Positions 50,371 to 61,029 are shown, numbered from the stretch's first letter. The stretch: 64,000 bases of DNA from an uncultured Spirochaetota bacterium (GCA_963845535.1 CAWJSK010000016.1:32001-96000), one strand, 5' to 3'. Notes: a model not told the origin generated them from the letters alone. Translations and numbers: made by a program.

Positions 50371-51413
50371 GGACGGACATGAAGGAGATCATCAGGAAGT
50401 TGACCGAGTGCTATGGTCCTTCCGGACGGGAAGCCGCGGTGCGTGAGCTCATCACGGCGGAGCTGAAGGCAGCGGGCGTCCTGGCGGGGAAGAGGGTGGA
50501 AACGCGCGTCGATGCCCTGGGGAACCTCCTCGTGCGCCGCGCGGGGAATGGCGGGGACACCCGCGTCATGCTTGCGGCGCACATGGATGAGATCGGCGTG
50601 GTGGTTACGCACGTGGACCAGAGAGGGTTCCTTCGCTTCGGCAGCGTGGGCGGGGTCCGCCCTCTTCCACTCCTGGGAGGGAGGGTGCGGTTCTCCGACG
50701 GGACCGTCGGGGTGATCGGCCTGGAAAAGTTGGAGGACGGCTCGAAGATTCCTCCTTTGGATAAGTTCTTCATCGATGTCGGGGCTCCGAGCAGAGAGGA
50801 GTGCCGCATCAAGGTGGGAGACGTGGGTTGCTTCCTCCGCACCTGTGAGGAGATGGGTGAGCGCATCGTTGCCAAGGCCATGGACGACAGGGTGGGGTGC
50901 GCCGTTCTTATCGAGGTCATGCGGGAGCTGGAGACGTCCCCGCACGACATCTCCTTTGTCTTCACCGTGCAGGAGGAGGTCGGCCTGCGCGGAGCGGTCA
51001 CCTCCGGATACGGAGCGGAGCCGGACCTGGCTTTGGCGGTGGACGTGACCTTCACGGGGGACACCCCCGAGTGCGCCCCCATGGCGGTGGAGCTGGGCGC
51101 GGGCCCCGCCATCAAGATCAAGGACGGAGGGATGCTCACGCACGTCGGCGTGAAGGAATGGCTCCTGGAAACCGCGCGCACGGCGGGCATCCCGTTCCAG
51201 CGCGAAGTGCTCGTGGGCGGTACCACTGATGCGTCCGCAATCCAGACCACCCGCGCCGGCGTGCCCGCCGGCTGCGTCTCCATCCCGACCCGCTACGTGC
51301 ACATGCCGTCGGAGATGGTGGACTACCGCGACGTTCAGGGGGCGGTGAAGCTTCTGGTGGAAGCGCTCTCACGCCCCATCGACATCGGAGTGTCTCATGG
51401 CCGCCAACGGTGA
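50367..51413 (+). CDS. M42 (TET) family metallo-aminopeptidase, copy 3
   Basis: AHMDEIG, KAMDDR, QEEVGLRGA, VDVT, GTTDA and RYVH. Confidence 0.93.
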   Translation: MRTDMKEIIRKLTECYGPSGREAAVRELITAELKAAGVLAGKRVETRVDALGNLLVRRAGNGGDTRVMLAAHMDEIGVVVTHVDQRGFLRFGSVGGVRPLPLLGGRVRFSDGTVGVIGLEKLEDGSKIPPLDKFFIDVGAPSREECRIKVGDVGCFLRTCEEMGERIVAKAMDDRVGCAVLIEVMRELETSPHDISFVFTVQEEVGLRGAVTSGYGAEPDLALAVDVTFTGDTPECAPMAVELGAGPAIKIKDGGMLTHVGVKEWLLETARTAGIPFQREVLVGGTTDASAIQTTRAGVPAGCVSIPTRYVHMPSEMVDYRDVQGAVKLLVEALSRPIDIGVSHGRQR

Positions 51414-52956
51414 GGCTCCCCCGCTGCGCATCCTCGACACCCGGATATTCGCGAGCATTGTCGAGGAAAGCCCCACGTCGGTCATCATCACGGACCTGCG
51501 TGGCAAGATCGAGTACGTGAACCGCAAGTTCACAACCTTGACCGGCTACACGCGCGCGGAAGTCTTGGGGAAGAACCCGCGTCTTCTCAAGTCCGGCCGG
51601 CAGTCTCCTTCCATCTACGCGGAGCTGTGGCGCACCATCGTGGCCGGCGGCGAATGGCGCGGGGAGCTGTGCAACAGGAAAAAGAACGGCGAGCTGTACT
51701 GGGAGCTGGCGGCAATCTCGGCCATCCGCGGGGATGACGGGACCATCGCCCATTTCATTGCGGTCAAGGAGGACATCACGGACCGCAAGGGCATGGAGGA
51801 GCTTCTCCACCACGCCAAGGCGTCCGCGGAGGCCGCCAACCTCGCCAAGAGCCAGTTCCTCGCGAACATGAGCCATGAGCTGCGCACGCCGCTCAACTCC
51901 ATCCTGGGGTTCAGCCAGCTCCTGGAGATGCAGGGAATGGAAAGGACGGGGGCTCTCACGGACAAGCAGCGGGAGTACCTGCGCTGGATCCGCGACGGAG
52001 GGGAGCATCTTCTGGACATGGTGAACGACGTCCTGGACCTCTCCAAGATCGAGGCGGGGAGGGTCGACCTGGAAAAGAGGCCGTTCGACACCGCCACGCT
52101 CATCCACAGGGTTCTCACAACGGTGCGCTCCCTGGCGGCAAAGAAGCACCTGCACGTCGACACCGACTTCGATCCTGAGCTGGGCCTCCTGGACGCTGAC
52201 GAGGTGAGGATCAAGCAGGTCCTCTACAACCTCCTCTCCAACGCCATCAAGTTCACCGAGCGTGAGCACAAGATCGGCGTGGAGGCTCGAGGACGCGGAG
52301 ATGCGTGCGAGATCACCGTCTGGGACGAAGGGATCGGAATCGACCTGGCGGACCGCGAGCGCATCTTCGAGCCCTTCGAGCAGCTTCGCAAAGGGCACGA
52401 GGGCCACGGCACGGGTCTCGGGCTCACGATCGTCAAGAACCTGGTGGAGCTGCACGGCGGCGCGGTCACCGTGGAGAGCGACGTGGGCAAGGGCAGCAGG
52501 TTTACCGTGCGCCTGCCGGGAAGGCTCCCCGAGAAGAGGTCCGTTTCGCGGGACGCCGGCGCGACGGAAGCCGAAGAGCCGCGCGAGCAAATGCCCGACA
52601 TGGCCGGACGGACCGTGCTCGTGGTGGACGACAGCCCGGCAAACAGCGCCCTGATGCAGCGGATCCTCTCCGCGCTGGGCTGCACCGTGCTTCTTGCGGG
52701 AAGCGGTGAAGAGGCGCTGGGGGTCGCCGGCCACTCCTCCTGCGACGCCGTGTTCATGGACATCCACCTGCCCGGCATGACGGGGACGGAGGCTATGCAG
52801 CGCATGAGGGAGGCCGGGGTCCGCGCGCCGGTGGTGGCCCTGACGGCGTACGCGATGAAAGGGGACCGCGAGCGCTTCCTGGCTGACGGCTTCGACGGGT
52901 ACATCGCCAAACCCGTTCGGATTTCAGAGATCGTTTCCTTCCTGGAAACGCTGTGA
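51397..52956 (+). CDS. Cytoplasmic PAS hybrid histidine kinase (PAS-HisKA-HATPase-REC)
   Basis: PAS (YVNRKF..TGY..GKNPR..W.GE), FLANMSHELRTPL, NLLSNAIKF, GTGLGL and C-terminal receiver. Confidence 0.94.
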   Translation: MAANGEAPPLRILDTRIFASIVEESPTSVIITDLRGKIEYVNRKFTTLTGYTRAEVLGKNPRLLKSGRQSPSIYAELWRTIVAGGEWRGELCNRKKNGELYWELAAISAIRGDDGTIAHFIAVKEDITDRKGMEELLHHAKASAEAANLAKSQFLANMSHELRTPLNSILGFSQLLEMQGMERTGALTDKQREYLRWIRDGGEHLLDMVNDVLDLSKIEAGRVDLEKRPFDTATLIHRVLTTVRSLAAKKHLHVDTDFDPELGLLDADEVRIKQVLYNLLSNAIKFTEREHKIGVEARGRGDACEITVWDEGIGIDLADRERIFEPFEQLRKGHEGHGTGLGLTIVKNLVELHGGAVTVESDVGKGSRFTVRLPGRLPEKRSVSRDAGATEAEEPREQMPDMAGRTVLVVDDSPANSALMQRILSALGCTVLLAGSGEEALGVAGHSSCDAVFMDIHLPGMTGTEAMQRMREAGVRAPVVALTAYAMKGDRERFLADGFDGYIAKPVRISEIVSFLETL

Positions 52957-53000
52957 TCTTCCACGGCGAGCTCGCGCGGCGGATCGGCGTGCCAGAGCGT

Positions 53001-53600
53001 ATGAGATTTCGCGCGGTCCTCTTTGACTTCGACGGCACGCTCACAAGGCCCGAGGCGCTGGATTTTGCCGAGCTTCGCCGTCTCCTGTCTTGTCCGACCG
53101 GCGAGCCCATCCTGGAGCACATCGAGTCCCTGCCTGTCGAAAAGGACCGGGAGAAAGCGTGGAAAATCCTGGACGCCTTCGAGCTCGCCGCGGCCCGGGC
53201 CTCGGTTCCCAACAACGGCTCGGAGGAAATCATCAGTCTCTTGAAGCACGCGGGAATAGCCAGAGGAATACTGAGCAGGAACAGCCGCGCCTCGGTGCTC
53301 GAAGGCCTGAAGAGGTTTGCGGGCTTCGGTCCCGCGGACTTCGCGGCGCTTATTTCCCGAGAAAACTCGGGCCGGCCCAAACCCCACCCGGACGGCGTGG
53401 AGCGCGCCGCGAGTCTCTTCGCCCTTCCTGCTTCGAGCATTCTCCTGGTGGGTGATTTCGTCTTCGACATCATGGCGGGAAAGTCCGCGGGAGCGGGAAC
53501 GGCTTTTCTCACGAACGGAAAACCACTGCCGGAGATGGCGGTCAGCCCGGACTACGTCATTGCCAGCCTTACGGAGCTCACGGCGATACTCGGGCTGTGA
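53001..53600 (+). CDS. HAD-superfamily hydrolase
   Basis: FDFDGTL, KPHPDG and VGDFVFDI..G..AG motifs. Confidence 0.9.
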   Translation: MRFRAVLFDFDGTLTRPEALDFAELRRLLSCPTGEPILEHIESLPVEKDREKAWKILDAFELAAARASVPNNGSEEIISLLKHAGIARGILSRNSRASVLEGLKRFAGFGPADFAALISRENSGRPKPHPDGVERAASLFALPASSILLVGDFVFDIMAGKSAGAGTAFLTNGKPLPEMAVSPDYVIASLTELTAILGL

Positions 53601-53620
53601 GAGGCTTGTGTTTTTGAGGC

Positions 53621-53666
53621 TTGGGTCGTCAAAGCCTTGGGTCGTCAAAGCCTTGGGTCGTGAAGC
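53621..53666. repeat. 16-bp tandem repeat TTGGGTCGTCAAAGCC x3 between convergent genes
   Basis: Units at 53621, 53637 and 53653. Confidence 0.9.
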
Positions 53667-53691
53667 AGCGGGCTCTTAAGCGCTCGGACCG

Positions 53692-54108
53692 TCAGTCCCC
53701 GGACACGGTGACCACGAGTGTCCTTTTTCGGGGCCGCACATCGCACTCGAGAAGGAAGACCTGCTGCCACGTGCCAAGGGAGAGCTGGCCGGCTTCCACG
53801 GGCACGGTCACGGAGGGACCGAGCCACGTGGCCTGGAGGTGCGAGTGGCCGTTGCCGTCATGCCAGGCGCGCTCGTGGCCGTAGTCGCGACTGGGCGGCA
53901 CGACCCTGTCCAGCATGGCGGGCAGGTCTCCCGCCAGACCGGGCTCGAGCTCGATGGTGCCGATGGCCGCCGTGCTCCCAATCACAAAAACGTGAGCCGT
54001 CCCTGTCTCAATGCCCGCGTCAGCCACCTTGCTCGCGATGTGCGGGGTGATGTCTTGCATGTCCCGATGCCCTGACGTCTGAACTTCGAACTTTCCCTGG
54101 TACGTCAC
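53692..54108 (-). CDS. yjbQ: YjbQ (UPF0047) family protein
   Basis: DITP, GSTAAI..E, HDGNGHSHL and LGTWQQVFLLE.D..RKR motifs. Confidence 0.92.
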   Translation of the reverse strand: MTYQGKFEVQTSGHRDMQDITPHIASKVADAGIETGTAHVFVIGSTAAIGTIELEPGLAGDLPAMLDRVVPPSRDYGHERAWHDGNGHSHLQATWLGPSVTVPVEAGQLSLGTWQQVFLLECDVRPRKRTLVVTVSGD

Positions 54109-54872
54109 AACGGCCCTCCATCCGGCGGGGCGCCGCCGCCCGACTTTCCCCCGATGAACGCGAGCATCCGCCGAAATCCCTTCCCCTCACGTCGGAAGGA
54201 CCCCAGGGCCGGGGAGCAGCATGTGCAGTCCGCAGTCACGAAGACGCGTTCGACGCCGGCTGACTCGATGAGCCTCGCGTTTGCCGCTTTGAGGTCCAGC
54301 CGGAAGTCCCCGCTCCCTCGCACAACCGCGTGCTCCCCGAGCTCGGCGCGGAACCGCTCATATCTTTCCTGGGGAACCGTGTAACAGCACGGACCAATGC
54401 CTGGTCCGATTGCGGCCGTCACGTCCGACGGCCTGGTCCCAAACGCCTCCGCCATGACGCGGAGCGCCTCCATGACGATCCCCGTCCCTTTCCACCCCGA
54501 GTGGACAAGCCCGAAAGCTCCGGTGCGCTCGTCAACGAGAAAGATCGGCAGGCAGTCAGCTACCGTGACCGTCAGCAGAACATCCCGGCGGGACGTGACC
54601 AGCCCGTCAGCTTCCGCAGCTTCCAGGGACTTCGGATCCTGGTCATCCACCAGGATCACGTTTTTCGAGTGCACCTGGTGGACGCTATAGACCCGATCGG
54701 ACGGCGTCCCCAGGGAATCCAAAAACCGCGCGCGGTCCGGTATCTCTGACCGGCGAGCAAGCGCCATGTCTCCCGCTTTCGCAAGCGAGACGCCGGCCCA
54801 AAGTCCGGCGGGGACCGAAAGGCCGCACGACAAATCCTCGGGACCGTATGAGAGCCGGGAAGCGACGGTCAT
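54105..54872 (-). CDS. YfiH/PgeF (laccase-domain purine nucleoside phosphorylase) family protein
   Basis: QVHS, ADGLVT, VADCLP, HSGWKG, GPGIGPCCY and CT.C..SFRR. Confidence 0.93.
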   Translation of the reverse strand: MTVASRLSYGPEDLSCGLSVPAGLWAGVSLAKAGDMALARRSEIPDRARFLDSLGTPSDRVYSVHQVHSKNVILVDDQDPKSLEAAEADGLVTSRRDVLLTVTVADCLPIFLVDERTGAFGLVHSGWKGTGIVMEALRVMAEAFGTRPSDVTAAIGPGIGPCCYTVPQERYERFRAELGEHAVVRGSGDFRLDLKAANARLIESAGVERVFVTADCTCCSPALGSFRREGKGFRRMLAFIGGKSGGGAPPDGGPL

Positions 54873-54953
54873 CTCACGTTACGTGCCACGAAGCCCAGGA
54901 TTGTCCTCTTCATGATGACCTCGCTTCCGAGCCCATTCTATCATTACCAGCAG

Positions 54954-55553
54954 TCACAGCAGCAAAGATTCGCTCAGTCGCTGGAAGGCGTCTGGAGTCA
55001 GATCGACGTTGGATGGAAGAAGGTCTTCGATGAGCAGGCCTGCCCACCCGTGGACCTCGGCCCAGAGGGAAAGCACAAGTGAGTTGGCTTCCTGCGCCGC
55101 GCGCCATCCGCACGCACGCGCCTGCTCAACCGCCCGCACCAGGCAGGCGAGCGCCCGCTCGCTGTTGATCCGGCATTTTTCAGAATGCAGGCTGAATCCG
55201 AGCCGGGAGAACATCAGCCTGTAGAGAGCAGGACGAGAGCGCGCGAAGCCGATGTAGGCGCGATACAGGGCTCGAATCCCGTCCGTTGGCGCATCGACGC
55301 GGCTTTCCCTTGCCCCGGCCAGGGCGGCCTCGAGCTCATCCGCAAGGGCGCCGAAGCCTTCCGCGGCAAGGGTCATGAGCAGCTCCCCCTTGTTTGAGAA
55401 ATGCCTGTACGGGGCCGTCTTGGAGACGCCGGCGCTTGCGGCCAATCCGCGCAAGCTCAGGCTTTCCAACCCTTCTTTTTCCAGCACGCGGAAAGCCTCA
55501 TCAAGGATGGCCTGCCGAAGCGCTCCGTGATGGTAGCGTCGTTTTGCCTTCAC
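54954..55553 (-). CDS. TetR-family transcriptional regulator (WHG type)
   Basis: YHHGALR..LSLR.LA..AGVS..APYRHF HTH; W..VHG. Confidence 0.93.
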   Translation of the reverse strand: MKAKRRYHHGALRQAILDEAFRVLEKEGLESLSLRGLAASAGVSKTAPYRHFSNKGELLMTLAAEGFGALADELEAALAGARESRVDAPTDGIRALYRAYIGFARSRPALYRLMFSRLGFSLHSEKCRINSERALACLVRAVEQARACGWRAAQEANSLVLSLWAEVHGWAGLLIEDLLPSNVDLTPDAFQRLSESLLL

Positions 55554-55580
55554 TTCGAGTGAACATACCTCTGCCTGAGA

Positions 55581-55662
55581 AAGTGGTCAATGCCAACAAT
55601 TTATGTTGACGATGCCTACATTCATGGGTATTTTACGAATAGAATATTGGCACCGCCAACAT
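55581..55662. promoter_or_regulatory. Three copies of a palindromic operator (consensus ATGTTGGC-N3-GCCAACAT) overlapping divergent promoters
   Basis: Sites at 55581-55599, 55603-55621 and 55644-55662; TTGACG-N17-TATTTT (+) and TTGACC-N17-TATGTT (-). Confidence 0.75.
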
Positions 55663-55674
55663 AGGAGGATTGAC

Positions 55675-56706
55675 ATGACGGGAATACGCCAGCATGGTGG
55701 CAGCAGCGCAGAGACGGGCCTTCACGTGATATTCGGAACGGGACCCGTGGGATGCTCCGCCGCCGGGTTGCTGCTCGAGAAAGGGAAGCGCGTCCGAATG
55801 GTAAACCGAGGCGGCAGACGTCCGACGGGCGCCTTTCTTGACCTCGCGCCGGATCTCGAGGCCAGGCTCGAGTTTGCATCCGCGGACGCCACGGAAGAGC
55901 CTTCGGTACGCGCCGCTGCGGCTGAAGCGACGCACGTCTACTACTGCGCCAACGTTCTCTATCAGGACTGGGAGAAAATCCTGCCTGTCATCCACGCCAA
56001 CATCCTTCGCGCGGCAACCGAAAACGGCGCTGTCCTTGCCGCGGCTGAGAACCTCTACATGTATGCGCGCGGCGTCCCCGTCATCGATGAGAAGACCCCT
56101 GTGGACCCGCCGTCACACAAAGGCAGGCTGATCCAGCGCCTTCACGAAAACCTGGCGGACGCGGGCGCGCGCGGAGCCCTGCGATGGACGGCGGCGCGCG
56201 CCTCGGACTTTTACGGCCCCGTGGCAACCGGGCAGAGCCTTTTCGGAACTGAAAGGTTCCTGGACCCTTTGTTTGCCGGAAAGCGGCCCCTGCTCTGGGG
56301 CAACCTCGACCTGCCCCATACCTTCACGTACGTCGAGGACTACGGTCGTGCCCTGGCCACAGCCGCACTCTCTCCCGAAGCGCACGGAAAAACCTGGGTC
56401 GTCCCCAACGACCGCACCGTGACCACCCGGGAGCTGGCGCGCCTCTTCTTCGCCGCTGCCGGCTTCACGAACGGCAGCACCCCGAAGATCCGGTGGATGC
56501 CGCGCGCCGGCTTCGCCCTTGCGGGGGTTTTCAGTCCCCTGATGCGCGAGATGCTGGAGGTCCTCTACCAGAAGGAAGAGCCGTATGTCGTTGACGGAAG
56601 CAGGTTTAGAGACACTTTCCACTTCGAGCCAACGTCACTGGAGGAAGGGGTGCGGCGCACGCTCGCATGGTATCGCAAGACCCGTAAATCCGAGTCGGCG
56701 GTCTGA
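55675..56706 (+). CDS. NAD-dependent epimerase/dehydratase (atypical SDR)
   Basis: IFGTGPVG, NLYMY, RASDFYGP and HTFTYVED; RBS AGGAGG. Confidence 0.88.
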   Translation: MTGIRQHGGSSAETGLHVIFGTGPVGCSAAGLLLEKGKRVRMVNRGGRRPTGAFLDLAPDLEARLEFASADATEEPSVRAAAAEATHVYYCANVLYQDWEKILPVIHANILRAATENGAVLAAAENLYMYARGVPVIDEKTPVDPPSHKGRLIQRLHENLADAGARGALRWTAARASDFYGPVATGQSLFGTERFLDPLFAGKRPLLWGNLDLPHTFTYVEDYGRALATAALSPEAHGKTWVVPNDRTVTTRELARLFFAAAGFTNGSTPKIRWMPRAGFALAGVFSPLMREMLEVLYQKEEPYVVDGSRFRDTFHFEPTSLEEGVRRTLAWYRKTRKSESAV

Positions 56707-58197
56707 CTAAGTCTGCAGAAGGGGAAGGCTCACGGTGAACACGCTGCCTTGCCCGAGCGCGGACTCCACGGTCACGGTTCCCTGGTGCAGCTCGGTAAGG
56801 CGCTTCACAAGGCTCAACCCGAGGCCTGTACCGGGGATGCTGGCCGTGAGCTCGTTCCTTGCCCGGTAGAACTCCTCGAACACCTTCTCCCTGTCAGCGG
56901 CGGACATGCCAATTCCGTCATCTTTCACGCTCACCGTGGCATAGATTCCGGATCTGCCGACGCGCGCCTCAACGTGACCTTCATCTCGGCCGTACTTGAT
57001 TGCGTTCTCCACAAGGTTGGAGAACACGATGGAAAGGGCCTCTTTGTCCGCAAGCACGTTCTCAGCCTGATCCGCCTCGCCGTCACCCGCGCAGACAGAC
57101 AGCGTGATCCGCTTCTCGGCGGCGCGCTCCGCGTAGGCGGCAGCCACCTCCTTGAGGACCACCGCAACGTCCACGGGCAGGCGTTTCAACGTGAAGTTCC
57201 CGGTCTGGATGGCGGTCAGGTTGAGAAGCTCGTTCACCATGCCGCGCAACGTCCGCACGCGAAGGAGGGACCGCTGGATCATGTGGCGCTCTTCCTCGGG
57301 GTTCTTCACGAGCATTCCGCTCAGGATGAGATTGAGCCAGCCCTCGGTAGCTGCCAGTGGGCTTTTCACCTCGTGGGCCACCATGGAGACGAACATGGAC
57401 TTCGCGGTCTCCAGCTTCTTCAGCGTCGTGATGTCGCTGAACACGGCCACGGCGCCCGACGTCTGCCCGCCCGGCTCGATCACCGGGCTTGCGTTCACCA
57501 TGTACGTCTCTTTGCCCAGCGCGATCTCCCGGGAAAGAATCATGGGCCCGCCCGTGGAGTCGATGATGAGCTCAAGGATTTCCTGGACGTCCGCGTTCTG
57601 AAGCTCCGCAAGCGGAAACGGGATTTCCTTCTGCGCGCACCCGGGAAGAATGCGGGCGGCAGCAGCGTTGCGCAGCACGACCAGCTTCTCCGTGTTGATC
57701 ACGAGGATCCCGTCGGTCATGCAGCTGATGATCGTGGTGCTTTTCGAGCGCTCTGATGCCAGCTCCAGGAGGCGCCGTTCCCTTTCCGCAAGGAGATGTT
57801 TGGCGCTCAGCGTCAGCGCCCTTTTCTCCAGCCCATTCTTGATGGACAGGAGCAGCTCATCCGCGGTGAACGGTTTGGGGATAAAGCTGTAGGCGCCCTG
57901 CCGCGTCCCCTCCACCGCCGTGTCAATGGTGGCGTGCGCGGTGATGATGATGCAGACCATGTCCTCGTCGCGCACACGGACCTCGCGCATCAGCTCCAGG
58001 CCCGACATGCGCGGCATCTGCAGATCCACCAGGAGGACGCTGAACGGCCCCCGCTCGAGGAACTGTTCGAGTCCCGCCTTGCCGTCACCGGCCGTGATGA
58101 CGTCGTATCCTTCGGAGGAGAGGATCTTCCTGCAGCCTTCGCGCACCCCCAGCTCATCATCCACAACGAGAATGCGCTCGGGGGCCTGCGCGCTCAC
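56707..58197 (-). CDS. Hybrid kinase REC-PAS-HisKA-HATPase
   Basis: ILVVDDE..VDLQMP..PKPF; PAS-like; VAHEVKSPL, NLVENAIKY and GTGLGL. Confidence 0.93.
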   Translation of the reverse strand: MSAQAPERILVVDDELGVREGCRKILSSEGYDVITAGDGKAGLEQFLERGPFSVLLVDLQMPRMSGLELMREVRVRDEDMVCIIITAHATIDTAVEGTRQGAYSFIPKPFTADELLLSIKNGLEKRALTLSAKHLLAERERRLLELASERSKSTTIISCMTDGILVINTEKLVVLRNAAAARILPGCAQKEIPFPLAELQNADVQEILELIIDSTGGPMILSREIALGKETYMVNASPVIEPGGQTSGAVAVFSDITTLKKLETAKSMFVSMVAHEVKSPLAATEGWLNLILSGMLVKNPEEERHMIQRSLLRVRTLRGMVNELLNLTAIQTGNFTLKRLPVDVAVVLKEVAAAYAERAAEKRITLSVCAGDGEADQAENVLADKEALSIVFSNLVENAIKYGRDEGHVEARVGRSGIYATVSVKDDGIGMSAADREKVFEEFYRARNELTASIPGTGLGLSLVKRLTELHQGTVTVESALGQGSVFTVSLPLLQT

Positions 58198-58640
58198 TTT
58201 TCCGGCTCCTCTCGGCGCGCGAGCAGCTCATCAACCTTCGCAAGGAGCGCCTGCGGCTGCACGGGCTTGTCGAAAAAAGCGTCTGCATGGAGCGCCGCAA
58301 GATCCGCCGCCGTGCGCGGATGGAAGTCAAAACCCTTCTGGCTTGAAATGGCAGAGACGATGATGATAGGGATGCTTTTGAAACGGGGATCAGTCCTCAC
58401 GGCGCGGGCAAACGAGAAGCCGGAGTCCAGGGCCTCCATCATCAGGTCGCAGACGATGAGAATCTTCCTGCTGGGCTGCCCGGAGGGCACCCCGGCGGGC
58501 AGACCTTTGCCAAGGGCGGAAAGCGCCGTCTTCGGATCCGAAAAACTCCTGACCTCATACCCCTTGGTCTCGAAGATTTTCCGCTCGAGCTCCAGGAAGT
58601 CAGCATCATCATCGAGAAGGAGGACCACGGGCTGCATCAC
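58194..58640 (-). CDS. Stand-alone receiver (CheY-like) protein
   Basis: LLDDD, CDLMME, VSA and FDKP. Confidence 0.88.
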   Translation of the reverse strand: MMQPVVLLLDDDADFLELERKIFETKGYEVRSFSDPKTALSALGKGLPAGVPSGQPSRKILIVCDLMMEALDSGFSFARAVRTDPRFKSIPIIIVSAISSQKGFDFHPRTAADLAALHADAFFDKPVQPQALLAKVDELLARREEPEK

Positions 58641-59029
58641 GCCTGCCTCGAAAGCGCCTTGTTGACCACCGCCAGCAGGAGCTGCGGGTCCACGGGCTTT
58701 TCCAGCAGCGCATCCACGGGAAGCCAGGTGTGATCCGGTTCCAGGCGGAACGGGATGGAATCATTGACCGAGGTGATCATGACGAGCGGGATGGTCCTCG
58801 TGATCTCGGAGTTTCGAAGCTCGCGCGACACGTCGAAGCCGTCGTTCGGGCTTTCCATCACCATGTCCAGGATGATGAGGTCCGGCCGCTTCCTTTCCAC
58901 CTCTTCACGGCATTGCTTTCCGTTGAACGCAACGCGGACCGTGTAGCCGTTTTCCGTCAAGAGGGCCCGATTCATCTCCACAAAGTCCGCGTCATCATCG
59001 ACAAGAAGAACCGTCTTATCCCACCCCAT
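58637..59029 (-). CDS. Stand-alone receiver (CheY-like) protein
   Basis: LVDDD, LDMVME, ITS and LEKP; RBS GGAGGA before ATG 59029. Confidence 0.9.
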   Translation of the reverse strand: MGWDKTVLLVDDDADFVEMNRALLTENGYTVRVAFNGKQCREEVERKRPDLIILDMVMESPNDGFDVSRELRNSEITRTIPLVMITSVNDSIPFRLEPDHTWLPVDALLEKPVDPQLLLAVVNKALSRQA

Positions 59030-61029
59030 GGATCTCCTCCCGTGTCTTGTCACCGACAGGGATGCGCACGTGGAAGGTTGTCCCCTTTCCCACCTCGCTG
59101 TCCACCGTTATGTCTCCCGCATGCATCTTCACCACCCCATAGACGATGGAAAGGCCCATGCCGCTGCCTTTGCCGAGCTGCTTCGTCGTGTAGAACGGCG
59201 TGAAGATATCCTTGAGCGTCTCCTGCGGCATGCCGCTTCCGGTGTCCCGCACGCGAAGCACAGCAAGGTCTCCCGACTCGGAGAGGCCCACGGAGACCAC
59301 AACTTCTCCGCCCGCGGCGCCGTTGATCGCGTCAATCCCGTTCTGGACCAGGTTCACGAGCATCTGGCGGATCTGCTCCCCATCCGCGCTGACGCGCGGC
59401 ATGCCGTCCTGGACCTCGGCCATCACCCGGGTCCCGCCTTCCCCCAGCTTCATGTTCATGGAGTCGGCGATGTCCCGCGCAATCAACCCAAGGTCCGTTG
59501 GCGTTTTCACCACTCGTGACTGCCGGGCAAAGTCCAGCAAGCCGCGCATGATGGAGCGGCACCGGTTGGCCTCGTTCACGATCATCTGGATGTCCTCGGA
59601 CTCCGCGTCGCCCTCCCGGTGCGCTTTCAGGAGCATGTGGGAGTACAGGAGGATGGTTGAGAGCGGGTTGTTGATCTCGTGGGCCACGCCGGCGGAAATC
59701 TGGCCCATGGACGCCAGGCGCTCAGTCTGCACCAGCCTGTCCTGCGTGGCCCGGTGGGAGCGCTGCAGGTCGGCAAGCGTCGACTCCAGCTCCTCCACCA
59801 GGTACGGAAGGCACATGCTCACCTCCGCAATCCCCTGGCACACCGCAATGGCCTTTCTCACGGCAGGAAGGGTAGCCGCAGGACCCGCAGTCAAGCTGGT
59901 CCTCGGGTCCGAACTTGCGCATCCTTCGAAGCGTTGCGGCAATCTCCTCCTCAGAAGGCTGCGGAAGGACCACCGCGTCTTCCGCGAAGTCCCGCCGAAG
60001 GTCGATGTCGGCAAACTCCGCAATCGTCTCCCCCATGTCGCGGCTGGGCTGGCTCTCGTTCCTCGCGTTGATGTAGTCAGTGACAATCTCCCTTCGCGCC
60101 ACGGCGCCCATGGTGCCCGGCATCCTTGGACCGTTGATGCATCCCTCGCAGAACAGCACGTCGAACATCCGCACCTTGCTCCTGCCCTCCGCGAGCTCCT
60201 TCAGCGCGGAAACCACCCTGTCCTTGCCTTCCGTCACGAGCACGGTGTTCTGGAGAATGTCCGCGTCGAAGCCCGCCGCGCGCAGAAGGCCTCCGGGCAG
60301 CGGGATGGACCGGCCCAGGTAGGAAGCGGGTCCGTCGAAAGCAGACGGTGCAAGCGACGCTGGATGAATCCCCGCCCTCTGCCACAACGCGGAGAGCTCG
60401 TCATAGGTCAGCACGGCGTCCACCGTCCCCTGCACGTAGGGGTCCCGTATCTCGGCTTTCTTGGCGATGCAGGGACCGACAAACACCACGCGGACTCCGG
60501 CCCCGAACCTCCGCTTGATTGCGCGCGCGGTGGCGATCATGGGAGAAACGATGGGGGCAAGGGCGCCGTGGAGCGCGGGCAGGTACTTTTGCACGTACGA
60601 AACGATGGCGGGGCACGCGGTGCTCACCACGGGACGGCCAGCCCTGATGGCTTGCCGGGCCAGGATTGCGTACTCCTGGCTGATCAACTCCGCGCCGAAT
60701 GCCACTTCCCATACTTGTGAGACTCCCAGCGCGCGAACGGCGGAAACGACACTGCCCGGGTCCGTTCCCGCGAACGCAACGGGGAAGGAAGGGGCGAGAC
60801 AGACGAACACCCGCTCACCCTCTTCCAGCATCCGCGCCACGGCCATGGAGGAGTCTTCGATCCTCTTCGCCTTCTGCGTGCAGACTTTCACGCAGTTGCC
60901 GCAGGCAATGCACTGCTCCGCAATGACGGTTGCCTGGCCGGAGATGACCTTGATGGCCTTGGCCGGGCATTCCCGCACGCACGTGTAGCAGCGGCGGCAT
61001 TTCTCAGGAATGGTGGAGACTATCCCCAT
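59016..61029 (-). CDS. Putative sensory (group C) [FeFe]-hydrogenase fused to a histidine kinase; one frameshift near 59855
   Basis: 2x[4Fe-4S] (CRRCYTC..CP, CIACGNC..C); H-domain motifs STACP, GPCIAKKAE and LFCEGCING; FeS module DCGSCGYPSC..MCLPY; AHEINNPL, NLVQNG and GSGMGL. Removing one A (T-run 59854-59856) joins ORFs 59722..61029 and 59016..60086. Confidence 0.85.
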
